Source: Bacteroidota bacterium
GTDB lineage: Bacteria; Bacteroidota; Rhodothermia; Rhodothermales; UBA10348
Direction: 5' to 3'
Length of the DNA: 64,000 nt
NCBI GenBank assembly: GCA_029262835.1
Contig: JAJCYQ010000095.1
Span: forward strand, 4,625-68,624
Shown here: positions 8,569 to 17,619 of the stretch, in pieces
How positions within the stretch are numbered: the stretch's first letter is position 1
Layout of the letters: every line of letters starts with the position of its first letter
The notes under the pieces: model-generated
Seen by the model: the letters and a program-made list of their open reading frames with translations, nothing else
What the model was told of the DNA's origin: nothing
Database searches by the model: none
Translations under genes and position numbers: made by a program

Positions 8569-11087
8569 GTATGCGATTCACGGCCTCGTTTGCGTGGCGA
8601 GATTCGCGGGGAAGTCGCCGGCGCATGCTGCTTTTCATCTCGTCCATGGTTCTGGGCGTGGCCGCGCTCGTCTCCATCAACTCCTTCGGCGACAACCTGG
8701 AGCGGGCCATCGACAATGAGGCCCGGACGCTGCTCGGGGCCGACCTCAGTTTCGAGAGCGACAATCCATTTCCCGACGATATAGAGGCGCTGATCGATTC
8801 GATCGGCGGCAATCAAAGCCGGCGCACGTCGTTTTCATCGATGGCTTTTTTTCCGGCGCCGGGCAAAGCGCGCCTGGCGACCGTCAGGGCGCACGAACCT
8901 GGATACCCGTTTTATGGTAGCGTCGTGACGGAACCCGCGGGCGCCGCTGACCGCTATCTGGAGGCGGCTGGTGCGCTCGTCGACGGAACGCTCATGAACC
9001 AGTTTGAGGTGGAGACAGGCGATTCCGTCCGGATTGGAAATCAAACCTATCCAATCCTGGGTCGGATACTCGAGACCCCCAGAGAGTCTGCCGCTGTAGG
9101 CCTTTTCAGTCCACGGATCTACATTCCGCTCGCAGGCCTCGATACGACGCTTACCACGCTCGGCAGCCGAGTCGAGTACGAGGTCTATTTCCAGTTTCCA
9201 GATGGGCGCGATGCCGACGCCCTCAGAGACTCCCTCCAGGCGACGCTACGGGCCGCCGATGTGGGATCTGATACCGTACGAGAGGAACAGGAAGGATGGA
9301 GTCGAGCGCTCACCAATCTCTATCGCTTCCTCGGGCTTGTCGGTTTCATGTCCCTGCTGCTGGGCGGGCTCGGCGTGGCGTCGAGCATTCACGTTTACGT
9401 AAAGCAACGCATTGCCACGGTGGCTGTGCTTCGCGTCTATGGCGCCTCCGTTGCGACGACGGTAGCCGTCTATCTGGTCCAGGCTATCGGAATGGGCATT
9501 GTTGGCGCCCTGCTGGGCAGCTTTGTGGGCGTCGGGTTGCAAACACTGATTCCTGTCCTGTTGTCCGATTTTCTCCCTGTCGATGTCGTCTTTGCCGTGT
9601 CCTGGCCAGCTGTTCTGCTTGGAAGCGGCATTGGTCTGGGCGTAACAATACTCTTCACGCTCATGCCCCTTCTTCGAGTGCGATCGGTATCACCGCTCGA
9701 TGCACTGCGGTCGGGAGCGGACGAGCACGCATCTCCGTTGCGGGATCCATGGTGGTGGGTAGCCACGGCCATGGCGGCGTCAGGGTTGGTTGCATTCGCT
9801 ATCATCCAGGCGCCAGACTGGAAAGTTGGTCTGGGTTACTCGGCCGGTCTCGCGGCTGTTTTTCTTGTACTGGCGGGACTCAGCTCGCTCCTGGTCAAAG
9901 GTCTCGTCCGCTTTACGCCAGCTTCACTTCCCTATGTCATTCGACAGGGCGTCGCCAACCTCTACCGGCCGAACAACCAGACCCTCATGATGGTGTTTTC
10001 GCTCGGTCTGGGTACGTTTTTGATTTCAACGCTGCTCGTTTCGCAGCAGGTACTGCTCGATCAGCTCGATGTGCTGGGCGGAGGCGAGCAGCCCAATCTC
10101 ATTATGTATGACATCCAGCCCGACCAGGTGGCACCAGTCGAACAGTTGCTGGCGCAGCAGGGCGTTCCCGTCATGAGCAGCGTTCCGATCGTAACCATGC
10201 GCCTGGAAGCGATAAATGATGAAACGATCGACGCCATGCGGGAGGACACGACGCAGCGCTTGTCCTGGGCCCACAGGCGGGAGTACCGCTCTACATTCCG
10301 ATCCACGCTGACGAAATCGGAGACGCTCGTCGAGGGTGCATTCCAGGGCATATGGGACGGCACGGGGGCCATTCCGGTCTCGGCCGAAGTAGACGTGGCG
10401 GAGGAACTTGGCGTGGACCTGGGCGACCGCATTACGTGGAACGTTCAGGGAGTCATGCTCGACGCCGAAATAACGAGCCTGAGAGAGGTAGATTGGCAGC
10501 GCCTGGAGACGAACTTCTTCTTCGTTTTCCCGGAGGGCGCACTCGAGCAGGCCCCCGCATTCCATGTCGTGATGACCCGGGCGGCTGACGATGAACAGTC
10601 GGCCCGGCTGCAATCGGCCGTGGTCGAGGCATATCCCAATGTGTCGTCCATTGATCTGGCATTGATCCTTGGTGTTTTCGACGCCATTTTCAGCCGCATC
10701 GCATTCATCATCCGATTCATGGCGCTTTTTTCCATCCTGACTGGGCTGATTGTATTGGCATCGGCGGTGATTGTGAGTCGATTCCAGCGCATGCAGGAGA
10801 GCGTTCTGCTCAAGACACTTGGCGCCTCACGGCATACCGTACTTCAGATCATGGCCGTAGAATATACCGTACTGGGCTTCGTATCGGCATTGACAGGGAT
10901 CCTGCTTGCCATCATAGCAGGCTGGAGCCTGTCCTACTTCGTGTTCGAAGCCACCTTCGTGCTCCACGCAGTACCACTCCTTCTGCTGCTTGGAACCGTA
11001 ATGCTGCTGACCCTTGTAATTGGCATGCTGAATTCGCGTGGTGTGTATGAGCGCGAAACCATGGACGTATTGCGCTCCGAAATCTGA
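8565..11087 (+). CDS. ybbP: ABC transporter permease, FtsX/MacB-type, two-domain (YbbP-like)
   Basis: 840 aa with two FtsX-like 4-TM modules separated by large periplasmic domains. ATGA overlap with the ATPase gene. Confidence 0.82.
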   Translation: MSMRFTASFAWRDSRGSRRRMLLFISSMVLGVAALVSINSFGDNLERAIDNEARTLLGADLSFESDNPFPDDIEALIDSIGGNQSRRTSFSSMAFFPAPGKARLATVRAHEPGYPFYGSVVTEPAGAADRYLEAAGALVDGTLMNQFEVETGDSVRIGNQTYPILGRILETPRESAAVGLFSPRIYIPLAGLDTTLTTLGSRVEYEVYFQFPDGRDADALRDSLQATLRAADVGSDTVREEQEGWSRALTNLYRFLGLVGFMSLLLGGLGVASSIHVYVKQRIATVAVLRVYGASVATTVAVYLVQAIGMGIVGALLGSFVGVGLQTLIPVLLSDFLPVDVVFAVSWPAVLLGSGIGLGVTILFTLMPLLRVRSVSPLDALRSGADEHASPLRDPWWWVATAMAASGLVAFAIIQAPDWKVGLGYSAGLAAVFLVLAGLSSLLVKGLVRFTPASLPYVIRQGVANLYRPNNQTLMMVFSLGLGTFLISTLLVSQQVLLDQLDVLGGGEQPNLIMYDIQPDQVAPVEQLLAQQGVPVMSSVPIVTMRLEAINDETIDAMREDTTQRLSWAHRREYRSTFRSTLTKSETLVEGAFQGIWDGTGAIPVSAEVDVAEELGVDLGDRITWNVQGVMLDAEITSLREVDWQRLETNFFFVFPEGALEQAPAFHVVMTRAADDEQSARLQSAVVEAYPNVSSIDLALILGVFDAIFSRIAFIIRFMALFSILTGLIVLASAVIVSRFQRMQESVLLKTLGASRHTVLQIMAVEYTVLGFVSALTGILLAIIAGWSLSYFVFEATFVLHAVPLLLLLGTVMLLTLVIGMLNSRGVYERETMDVLRSEI

Positions 11088-11097
11088 CTCTGATCAT

Positions 11098-11781
11098 ATG
11101 ACCATCAAGGATCGCTACGAGCATATCCAGGAGCGGCTGGAGCGTGCCGCCAGCCGAACCGGTCGCCCGGCGTCCGATATCACGCTGGTGGCGGTGTCAA
11201 AAACGTTCCCGGCTTCTGTTGTTGCTCGGCATCATGCCGTCGGTCACATCGACTTTGGAGAAAATAAAATCCAGGAGTTGAATGCCAAGCAGGAAGCACT
11301 CGCCAGAAGCGACGTCCGTTGGCACTTTATTGGGCATCTTCAGCGTAACAAGGCCAAATTTCTGACACGCGGCGTACACCTGTTTCACGCGCTCGACAGC
11401 CTGCGTCTGGCTGGCGAACTTGACAAAAGGCTCGAGTCTGATGGCGCAACGCTCGACTGCCTGGTGCAGGTCAACGTGAGCGGGGAGGAGAGCAAGTTCG
11501 GTGTGGAGCCGACAGACGCGCGCAAGCTGCTCACGGACATGGCATCGTTTCAGCGAATCCGTGTGCATGGTTTCATGACCCTCGCTGCACCGACGCCCGA
11601 TCCGGAGCGCGTCCGGCCGCAGTTCGCACGGCTCCGCCACCTTGCAGAGGAGCACGCTGACCTCATGGAATCCAGCAAGCCACTGCTCTCGATGGGCATG
11701 AGTGGAGATTTCGAGGTTGCCGTGGAGGAGGGTGCAACTCACATCAGGATAGGCAGCCTTCTCTTTGGAGATCGTACCTGA
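11098..11781 (+). CDS. yggS: YggS family pyridoxal-phosphate homeostasis protein
   Basis: The alanine-racemase N-terminal fold carries the PLP-lysine context LVAVSKTFP and a C-terminal IRIGSLLFG. I start it at ATG 11098 rather than the longer 11038 ORF. Confidence 0.85.
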   Translation: MTIKDRYEHIQERLERAASRTGRPASDITLVAVSKTFPASVVARHHAVGHIDFGENKIQELNAKQEALARSDVRWHFIGHLQRNKAKFLTRGVHLFHALDSLRLAGELDKRLESDGATLDCLVQVNVSGEESKFGVEPTDARKLLTDMASFQRIRVHGFMTLAAPTPDPERVRPQFARLRHLAEEHADLMESSKPLLSMGMSGDFEVAVEEGATHIRIGSLLFGDRT

Positions 11782-11821
11782 GCGGTAGAGTGCGTATCTT
11801 CCGGCTGCCAACCCATGACCC

Positions 11822-12544
11822 ATGATGAAGATTTCGTCTCTCGATATCAGAAAGCAGGAGTTCTCGATCCGCTTCCGCGGATATGACCAGGATGAGGTAG
11901 ATGCCTTTCTGTCGCTGTTGTCCGACGAGTGGCAGGAACTGGTCGATGACCACCGGCGCGCCACAGACAGGATCCGGGAGCAGGAGTTGAAACTTGAGCA
12001 TTACCAGAAGGTCGAAGAGGCGCTCGAGGAAGCGCTCAAGACCGCGCGGACGACAAGCCGCGAAACCATAGAACAGGCAGAGCGGCGCGCACAGGCCATG
12101 ATCGAGGAGGCGGAAGTGAAGGCGGCTGCCATAACAAGCGAGGCCGAAGAAGATCGGCGCCGCATTCGGCGTGAAACGGCCGGTTTCCGCACGAGACAAC
12201 AGGAGATTGTAGCCAAAATGCGAGCATTCCTGGTCTCTGAACTTGAAATCCTGGGGCACTTCGATGCCGAGGAGGCAGCCGGACCGCTTCGCCTCATGCA
12301 TGCCACGACGCATGAGAGTGCAGAGAAGACGTCCAGGGAAGACGGCAACGTGGAGCGCGACGAGGCACACGACCAGGATGACGTGGAGAATCAGCAGGAG
12401 GATCACAACCACGATGAGGAGGCTCCGGTTGAAGAGCCCGCGTGGCATGTGAACGACATGTACGCTGAGGATCCAACAGACGAAATCACAAAAATCCGGC
12501 GCATTCTTGACGCCATGGATGACGAGGAAGAGGAGAATTCATGA
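11822..12544 (+). CDS. DivIVA domain-containing protein
   Basis: The N-terminus ISSLDIRKQEFSIRFRGYDQDEVDAFL is the DivIVA signature. It is followed by a coiled-coil region and an acidic, His-rich tail. It lies next to yggS, as in division clusters. Confidence 0.8.
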   Translation: MMKISSLDIRKQEFSIRFRGYDQDEVDAFLSLLSDEWQELVDDHRRATDRIREQELKLEHYQKVEEALEEALKTARTTSRETIEQAERRAQAMIEEAEVKAAAITSEAEEDRRRIRRETAGFRTRQQEIVAKMRAFLVSELEILGHFDAEEAAGPLRLMHATTHESAEKTSREDGNVERDEAHDQDDVENQQEDHNHDEEAPVEEPAWHVNDMYAEDPTDEITKIRRILDAMDDEEEENS

Positions 12545-13368
12545 CATCGGAGTATGTCCGTCTGGTTGAAAGTGCAGCCAGGCATCTGGAGCGTGATCTG
12601 GGCGCTGCGCCCGAACTTGTTATTGTACTGGGTACCGGCCTGGATGGCATTGTCCAGGCAGCCAACATTCTGCACTCAGTCAACGTCACAGATCTTGACG
12701 GCCACGTGAGGCCCGGTTTCCATGGGGACCGCGGCCACGTACACGCCTGTGACATGGAGGGAAAACGCGTGTGGCTGGTCGACGGCCGGGTGCATGGTTA
12801 TGACGGTGCACAGCCGAATGAGACGGCCTTCATGACACGTGTATTGTGCCGCGCCGGAGCACCTCGCATCGTGTTCACGGGCGCCGTGGGAGGCATGGCC
12901 GACTTCCTGACAGAGGGAGATTTTGTTCTGGTTACGGATCATATCAATTTTACAGGCACGGGTCCACTCGAAGGTCCGAATCATGATGAGTGGGGACCAC
13001 GCTTCCCGGACATGTCGAGCGCGTACAGTCCCGACCTGAACAGAACACTGCAGGAAGCGGCCGTGGATTGTGGTATCACTCTCAAGGAAGGTGTCTATGT
13101 GGGGGTTCGCGGTCCACAATTGGAGACGGCGGCCGAATACCGCATGCTGCTCCGTCTGGGTGCACACATCGTGGGCATGAGTACCGTCCATGAAGTGATT
13201 GCGGCTGTGCACATGGGCGTTCCGGTTACGGCGCTGTGCCTGGTCACTGACGCCTGCCATCCGGACACACTTGAGCCTGTTTCCATTGCTGACATCATGC
13301 AGATCGCGGCTCGCGCGCAGGAACCCTTTATCCGAATGGTCCGGAGCTTCGTGTCGAAGGTCTCATGA
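12541..13368 (+). CDS. Purine nucleoside phosphorylase (PNP family 1, PunA-type)
   Basis: 275 aa with the motifs GPRFPDMS, VGVRGPQLETAAE and VGMSTVHEV, typical of trimeric-type PNP. ATGA overlap with the DivIVA gene. Confidence 0.85.
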   Translation: MTSEYVRLVESAARHLERDLGAAPELVIVLGTGLDGIVQAANILHSVNVTDLDGHVRPGFHGDRGHVHACDMEGKRVWLVDGRVHGYDGAQPNETAFMTRVLCRAGAPRIVFTGAVGGMADFLTEGDFVLVTDHINFTGTGPLEGPNHDEWGPRFPDMSSAYSPDLNRTLQEAAVDCGITLKEGVYVGVRGPQLETAAEYRMLLRLGAHIVGMSTVHEVIAAVHMGVPVTALCLVTDACHPDTLEPVSIADIMQIAARAQEPFIRMVRSFVSKVS

Positions 13369-13411
13369 CAGGCCCCCGTCCTTTTGATTTTATCATGCCT
13401 GGCAGTTGAAC

Positions 13412-16400
13412 ATGAAGTTTACAGAAATCAAGCAAATGCACATCCCTGCCATGGAAGAGTCTATTCTGGCTTCCTGGCAGGAGCGCTCCATCTTTGAGAA
13501 AAGTATTGCCCAGCATGCCTCCGGCAAGACTTTTACGTTTTACGAAGGTCCCCCGACGGCCAATGGACGTCCGGGCATCCACCATGTCATGGCGCGGACT
13601 GTGAAGGATGTCTTCTGCCGCTTCAAGACCATGCAGGGATTTCGCGTGGAGCGGAAAGCTGGCTGGGATACACACGGACTGCCAGTCGAGATTGAAGTAG
13701 AGAAGGAACTTGGCCTTGAGGGTCGCCACCAGGTCGAGTCGTTCGGCATTGAAAAGTACAATGCTGCCTGCCGCGAGAGCGTGCTCCGGTACAAGGACCT
13801 GTGGGATACGCTCACGCGCCGCATGGGGTATTGGGTTGATCTGGACGATCCGTATATCACCTTCAAGACATCCTACATCGAATCGGTGTGGTGGCTGCTC
13901 CGTCAGATGTACGAGAAGGATCTGCTCTACAAAGGGTTCAAGATCCAGTGGTACAGTCCCGGATCGGGCACGGTCCTGTCATCGCACGAGGTCAGCCTCG
14001 GGTACAGGGAAGTACAGGATCCAAGTATCTACACGCGTTTTCGAAGTGTGGATGACTCAAACCTGTACTTCCTGGCATGGACCACGACGCCATGGACGAC
14101 CCTCTCCAACGCGGGGCTCGCGGTGGGGGAGAGCATTGATTATGTTCGTATCCACCTGGTATCGGAAGATATTGGTGCACATGACCTTATACTTGCCGAA
14201 GCGCGGCTTTCCGTGATTACGGAGGACTATGAGGTGGTGGCCCGCATGAAGGGATCTGATCTGCTTGAGGCGCGCTATGAACCCCTGTTCTCCTATTTCG
14301 AGGGGGCAGATGGGACGGATCGGGCTTGGCGGATTGTGCCGGCAGACTACGTGTCAACGGAAGACGGCACAGGAATTGTCCATACCGCGCCTGCGTTTGG
14401 CGCAGAGGATCATGCTACCGGGATGGCACACGGCCTGCCCATGCTCAATGCCGTCCGGCCTGACGGGACGTTTCTCGAAGACGTACCGCTGGTCGGTGGG
14501 GTCTGGTTCAAGGAGGCTGACAAGACGTTGGCTCGGGATCTCAGGGAACGGGGCCTCATGTACCGGCATGAGACCTGCCTCCACAATTATCCCCATGACT
14601 GGCGCAAGGGCACACCGCTCATGTCCTACCCGGTAGACAGTTGGTTCGTCCGTACGACAGCCATAAAAGACCGCCTGGTGGCACTCAATAAAGACATCAA
14701 CTGGCAGCCGAAGGGTGTGGGTACCGGCCGTTTTGGCGATTGGCTGGAAAACAATGTGGACTGGGCACTCTCGCGGAGGCGCTACTGGGGCACACCGCTT
14801 CCCATCTGGCAGTCCGATGCTCCGGATTCGGACTATATCGAAGTCATTGGCTCTATTGCCGAGCTGCGTGCACGCTGCGGGGATCAGCTGCCACCGAGCG
14901 ATGAAGACATCGATCTGCATCGGCCCTTCGTGGACCGTCTGACCTGGCCTGCTCCCGATGGAGGGACCATGCGGCGCGTCGAGGATCTGATCGATGTCTG
15001 GTTCGACTCCGGGGCCATGCCGTTTGCCCAGTGGCACTACCCGTTCGAGAACAAGGACGTATTTGAACGCACGTTTCCGGGCGATTTCATTGCAGAAGGC
15101 GTCGATCAGACACGCGGCTGGTTCTACACGCTGCATGCCATTGCGGCATGCGTCATGGACACCGTCGCCTACCGCAATGTGGTGGTGAACGGGCTTGTGC
15201 TGGACGAAAAAGGCGAGAAAATGTCCAAGAGCAAGGGCAACGCCGTGGATCCGTTCGAGATCATCCAGAAACACGGCATTGATCCGGTCCGCTGGTACAT
15301 GATGAGCAACACGCCGCCTTGGGAAAACCTGAAGTTTTCCGAGCGTGGTATCGAGGAGACGCAGCGCAAATTCTTCGCTACGCTCACAAATGTGTACGCA
15401 TTCTTTGCTACCTACGCCAACATCGACGCGTTCTCGTACGAATCGCCCGTCCCCGCCGTGGAGCGACCTGAGATGGACCGGTGGATCCTGTCCCGCTATG
15501 CGAGTGTGTGTCAGGAGGTGGAATCCTCCCTTGAAGAGTATAACCCGACACGCGCAGCACGAGCCGTTGAGCGCCTGGTAGACGATCTGTCCAACTGGTA
15601 CATTCGCCTCAACCGGCGACGTTTCTGGTCTGAACGCGGTGCGGCGCAGCATAAGACGGCGGCCTATCAGACGGTCGCCGAGGTGCTCATGGGAATATCG
15701 CGGCTCATGGCACCTATTTCCCCGTTTTATGCGGACTGGCTTTTCAGGCAGGTCAATGCGGGGACCGCACTTCACGGCGCTGAATCCGTGCACCTGACCG
15801 CCTTTCCTGGTCATGAAGAGACCGCGACACTGATTGAGTCGACCCTGGAGCACCGAATGCATGTTGCCAGGACCATTTCCTCGCTTGTTCTAAGCCTTCG
15901 GAACCAGGAGTCCATCAATGTTCGGCAACCATTGCCGGTCATCATGGTCGTGACCGATTCCAACGTCGAGGAAGCTGTTTTGGCTTCCGTAGCCGATATC
16001 ATCAAGGCCGAGGTCAACGTCAAGGATGTCTCCTACATCCATGGTGGCAGTGATCTCGTCAAGCGGTCGGCCCGGCCGGTGTTCAAGAACCTGGGGCGTC
16101 GTCTGGGTCCTCTTATGAAGCCAGTGACGCGTCTTGTGCAGGCGTTCGGGGATGAGGAGATCGATCGACTGCTTTCAGACGGCTTCATAGAGTTGGACGT
16201 CTCTGGCGAAACGGTTCGTCTTGAGCGGGACGACGTTGATCTGCAGAGCGAGGGTATCGAAGGATGGGTAGTCGGGTCAGAGAACGGCATTACGGTCGCC
16301 CTGGATACGACGGTGTCGCGTGAACTCCTTCTGGAGGGCCTGGCACGCGAAGTGGTAAACCGTATTCAGAATATGCGCAAGGAGGCTGGTTTCGAGGTTA

Positions 16401-16588
16401 CAGACCGCATCGCCATCTCCTTCGAGGGATCTGCTGACATGGTGGAAGCCCTGCGCGTACATGGTCCGATTATCCGGAACGAGACGTTGGGTCTGGAGTT
16501 GATGCCAATCCAAAATCCCGATGGGGAACTGGTCGCCGATTTCGAAATCGGTTCAGAATCGATCCGGATTGCAATATCCCGTTCATAG
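13412..16588 (+). CDS. ileS: Isoleucine--tRNA ligase (type 2, long form)
   Basis: HIGH-type motif PPTANGRPGIHH, KMSKS present, and a CP1 editing domain. About 1058 aa, with the C-terminal extension of type-2 IleRS. I prefer the ATG at 13412 over the TTG at 13406. Confidence 0.95.
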   Translation: MKFTEIKQMHIPAMEESILASWQERSIFEKSIAQHASGKTFTFYEGPPTANGRPGIHHVMARTVKDVFCRFKTMQGFRVERKAGWDTHGLPVEIEVEKELGLEGRHQVESFGIEKYNAACRESVLRYKDLWDTLTRRMGYWVDLDDPYITFKTSYIESVWWLLRQMYEKDLLYKGFKIQWYSPGSGTVLSSHEVSLGYREVQDPSIYTRFRSVDDSNLYFLAWTTTPWTTLSNAGLAVGESIDYVRIHLVSEDIGAHDLILAEARLSVITEDYEVVARMKGSDLLEARYEPLFSYFEGADGTDRAWRIVPADYVSTEDGTGIVHTAPAFGAEDHATGMAHGLPMLNAVRPDGTFLEDVPLVGGVWFKEADKTLARDLRERGLMYRHETCLHNYPHDWRKGTPLMSYPVDSWFVRTTAIKDRLVALNKDINWQPKGVGTGRFGDWLENNVDWALSRRRYWGTPLPIWQSDAPDSDYIEVIGSIAELRARCGDQLPPSDEDIDLHRPFVDRLTWPAPDGGTMRRVEDLIDVWFDSGAMPFAQWHYPFENKDVFERTFPGDFIAEGVDQTRGWFYTLHAIAACVMDTVAYRNVVVNGLVLDEKGEKMSKSKGNAVDPFEIIQKHGIDPVRWYMMSNTPPWENLKFSERGIEETQRKFFATLTNVYAFFATYANIDAFSYESPVPAVERPEMDRWILSRYASVCQEVESSLEEYNPTRAARAVERLVDDLSNWYIRLNRRRFWSERGAAQHKTAAYQTVAEVLMGISRLMAPISPFYADWLFRQVNAGTALHGAESVHLTAFPGHEETATLIESTLEHRMHVARTISSLVLSLRNQESINVRQPLPVIMVVTDSNVEEAVLASVADIIKAEVNVKDVSYIHGGSDLVKRSARPVFKNLGRRLGPLMKPVTRLVQAFGDEEIDRLLSDGFIELDVSGETVRLERDDVDLQSEGIEGWVVGSENGITVALDTTVSRELLLEGLAREVVNRIQNMRKEAGFEVTDRIAISFEGSADMVEALRVHGPIIRNETLGLELMPIQNPDGELVADFEIGSESIRIAISRS

Positions 16589-16606
16589 GTGTAAGACCAT
16601 ACGATC

Positions 16607-17029
16607 ATGGCCAAAGAATCAGCGAAAGACGTCCAGAAGAAGAATCCGGAAGTTGTCACAAGTCCGTTTTCCAAGAGCGAGCTTTCTTATTTCCAGAATC
16701 TCGTAGAAAAGAAGAAGAAGGCCGCGCAGGAAGATGTGGAGCGTATGCGAGCCCAGCTTGCTGACGCCCGTGAACAATCGGAAAACGATACGGCCTACAG
16801 TTTCCACATGGCCGATGCCGGAACGGATGCCATGGAACGGGAGAAACTGTACCTCATGATCGCCCGACAACAGAAGTATATCGGGTATCTGGACCGTGCC
16901 CTCGACCGTATTGACAATGGCACATATGGTATTTGCAAGGTAACCGGCAAGCCGATATCGAAAGAGCGCCTGGAGGCCGTTCCGCATACGGAGATTTCCA
17001 TCGAGGCCAAACTGCAGCAGCAGAAATAA
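16607..17029 (+). CDS. DksA/TraR-family protein, Cys-poor variant
   Basis: 140 aa with a coiled-coil and the C-terminal YGICKVTGKPISKERLEAVPHTEISIEAK. This aligns with the DksA zinc-finger region, but only one of the four Cys residues is retained. It lies between ileS and lspA. Confidence 0.7.
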   Translation: MAKESAKDVQKKNPEVVTSPFSKSELSYFQNLVEKKKKAAQEDVERMRAQLADAREQSENDTAYSFHMADAGTDAMEREKLYLMIARQQKYIGYLDRALDRIDNGTYGICKVTGKPISKERLEAVPHTEISIEAKLQQQK

Positions 17030-17034
17030 TCGCT

Positions 17035-17619
17035 GTGACCGACTCTACCGTCCAGGGACGAACATGGCTCCCTGCGGCGCTTGGCCTCTCGGGCGCCCTC
17101 GTCGTGATTGACCAGATAACCAAGGTCATGGTGCTCAACACCATGATGCTCGGCGAGTCCATTCCGGTACTGGGCTCGTGGCTGCGCCTCACGTTTACCG
17201 AGAACCCCGGGATGGCCTTCGGCATGACCTTCGGCCCACCCGCTACCATCACGATCCTGTCGGTCGTCGCGACCATCGTCATCGCGATCTACTTTGTCCG
17301 GATTGGCCACGTGTACGCGCCGTACAGCTACAGCCTGGCTTTCGTCCTCGGAGGAGCGACTGGCAACATCATTGACCGCGTGTTCTACGGCAAAATTCTT
17401 TACGACGAGCCGCTCTTCCTCGGCCGCGTGGTAGATTTTATCCATGTGGATGTGTGGCGCGGCTGGGTCCACGATGCGGTGCCCCTTATCGGTGGAGAAT
17501 ATATGGCGCTCTTTCCGATATGGAACGTTGCCGACATGTCCATCGTGGCGGGCGTTGTTGGTATTCTGGTATTCCAGAATGCCTACCACCGCCGCCTGGA
17601 AGAGATCTCTACCAGGTAA
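17035..17619 (+). CDS. lspA: Lipoprotein signal peptidase (signal peptidase II)
   Basis: Four-TM protein with the motifs NPGMAFG, GGATGNIIDR and FPIWNVAD. The start is set at GTG 17035, just after the dksA-like stop, and is uncertain. Confidence 0.85.
   Translation: MTDSTVQGRTWLPAALGLSGALVVIDQITKVMVLNTMMLGESIPVLGSWLRLTFTENPGMAFGMTFGPPATITILSVVATIVIAIYFVRIGHVYAPYSYSLAFVLGGATGNIIDRVFYGKILYDEPLFLGRVVDFIHVDVWRGWVHDAVPLIGGEYMALFPIWNVADMSIVAGVVGILVFQNAYHRRLEEISTR

Noticed and set aside
13369-13411. Possible leader elements (T-box, riboswitch) upstream of ileS, purM (34684-34694), guaB (55647-55650) and serA.
   Set aside because: These intergenic spacers are only 4-43 nt, too short to hold such structures. 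No conserved riboswitch cores were recognised.
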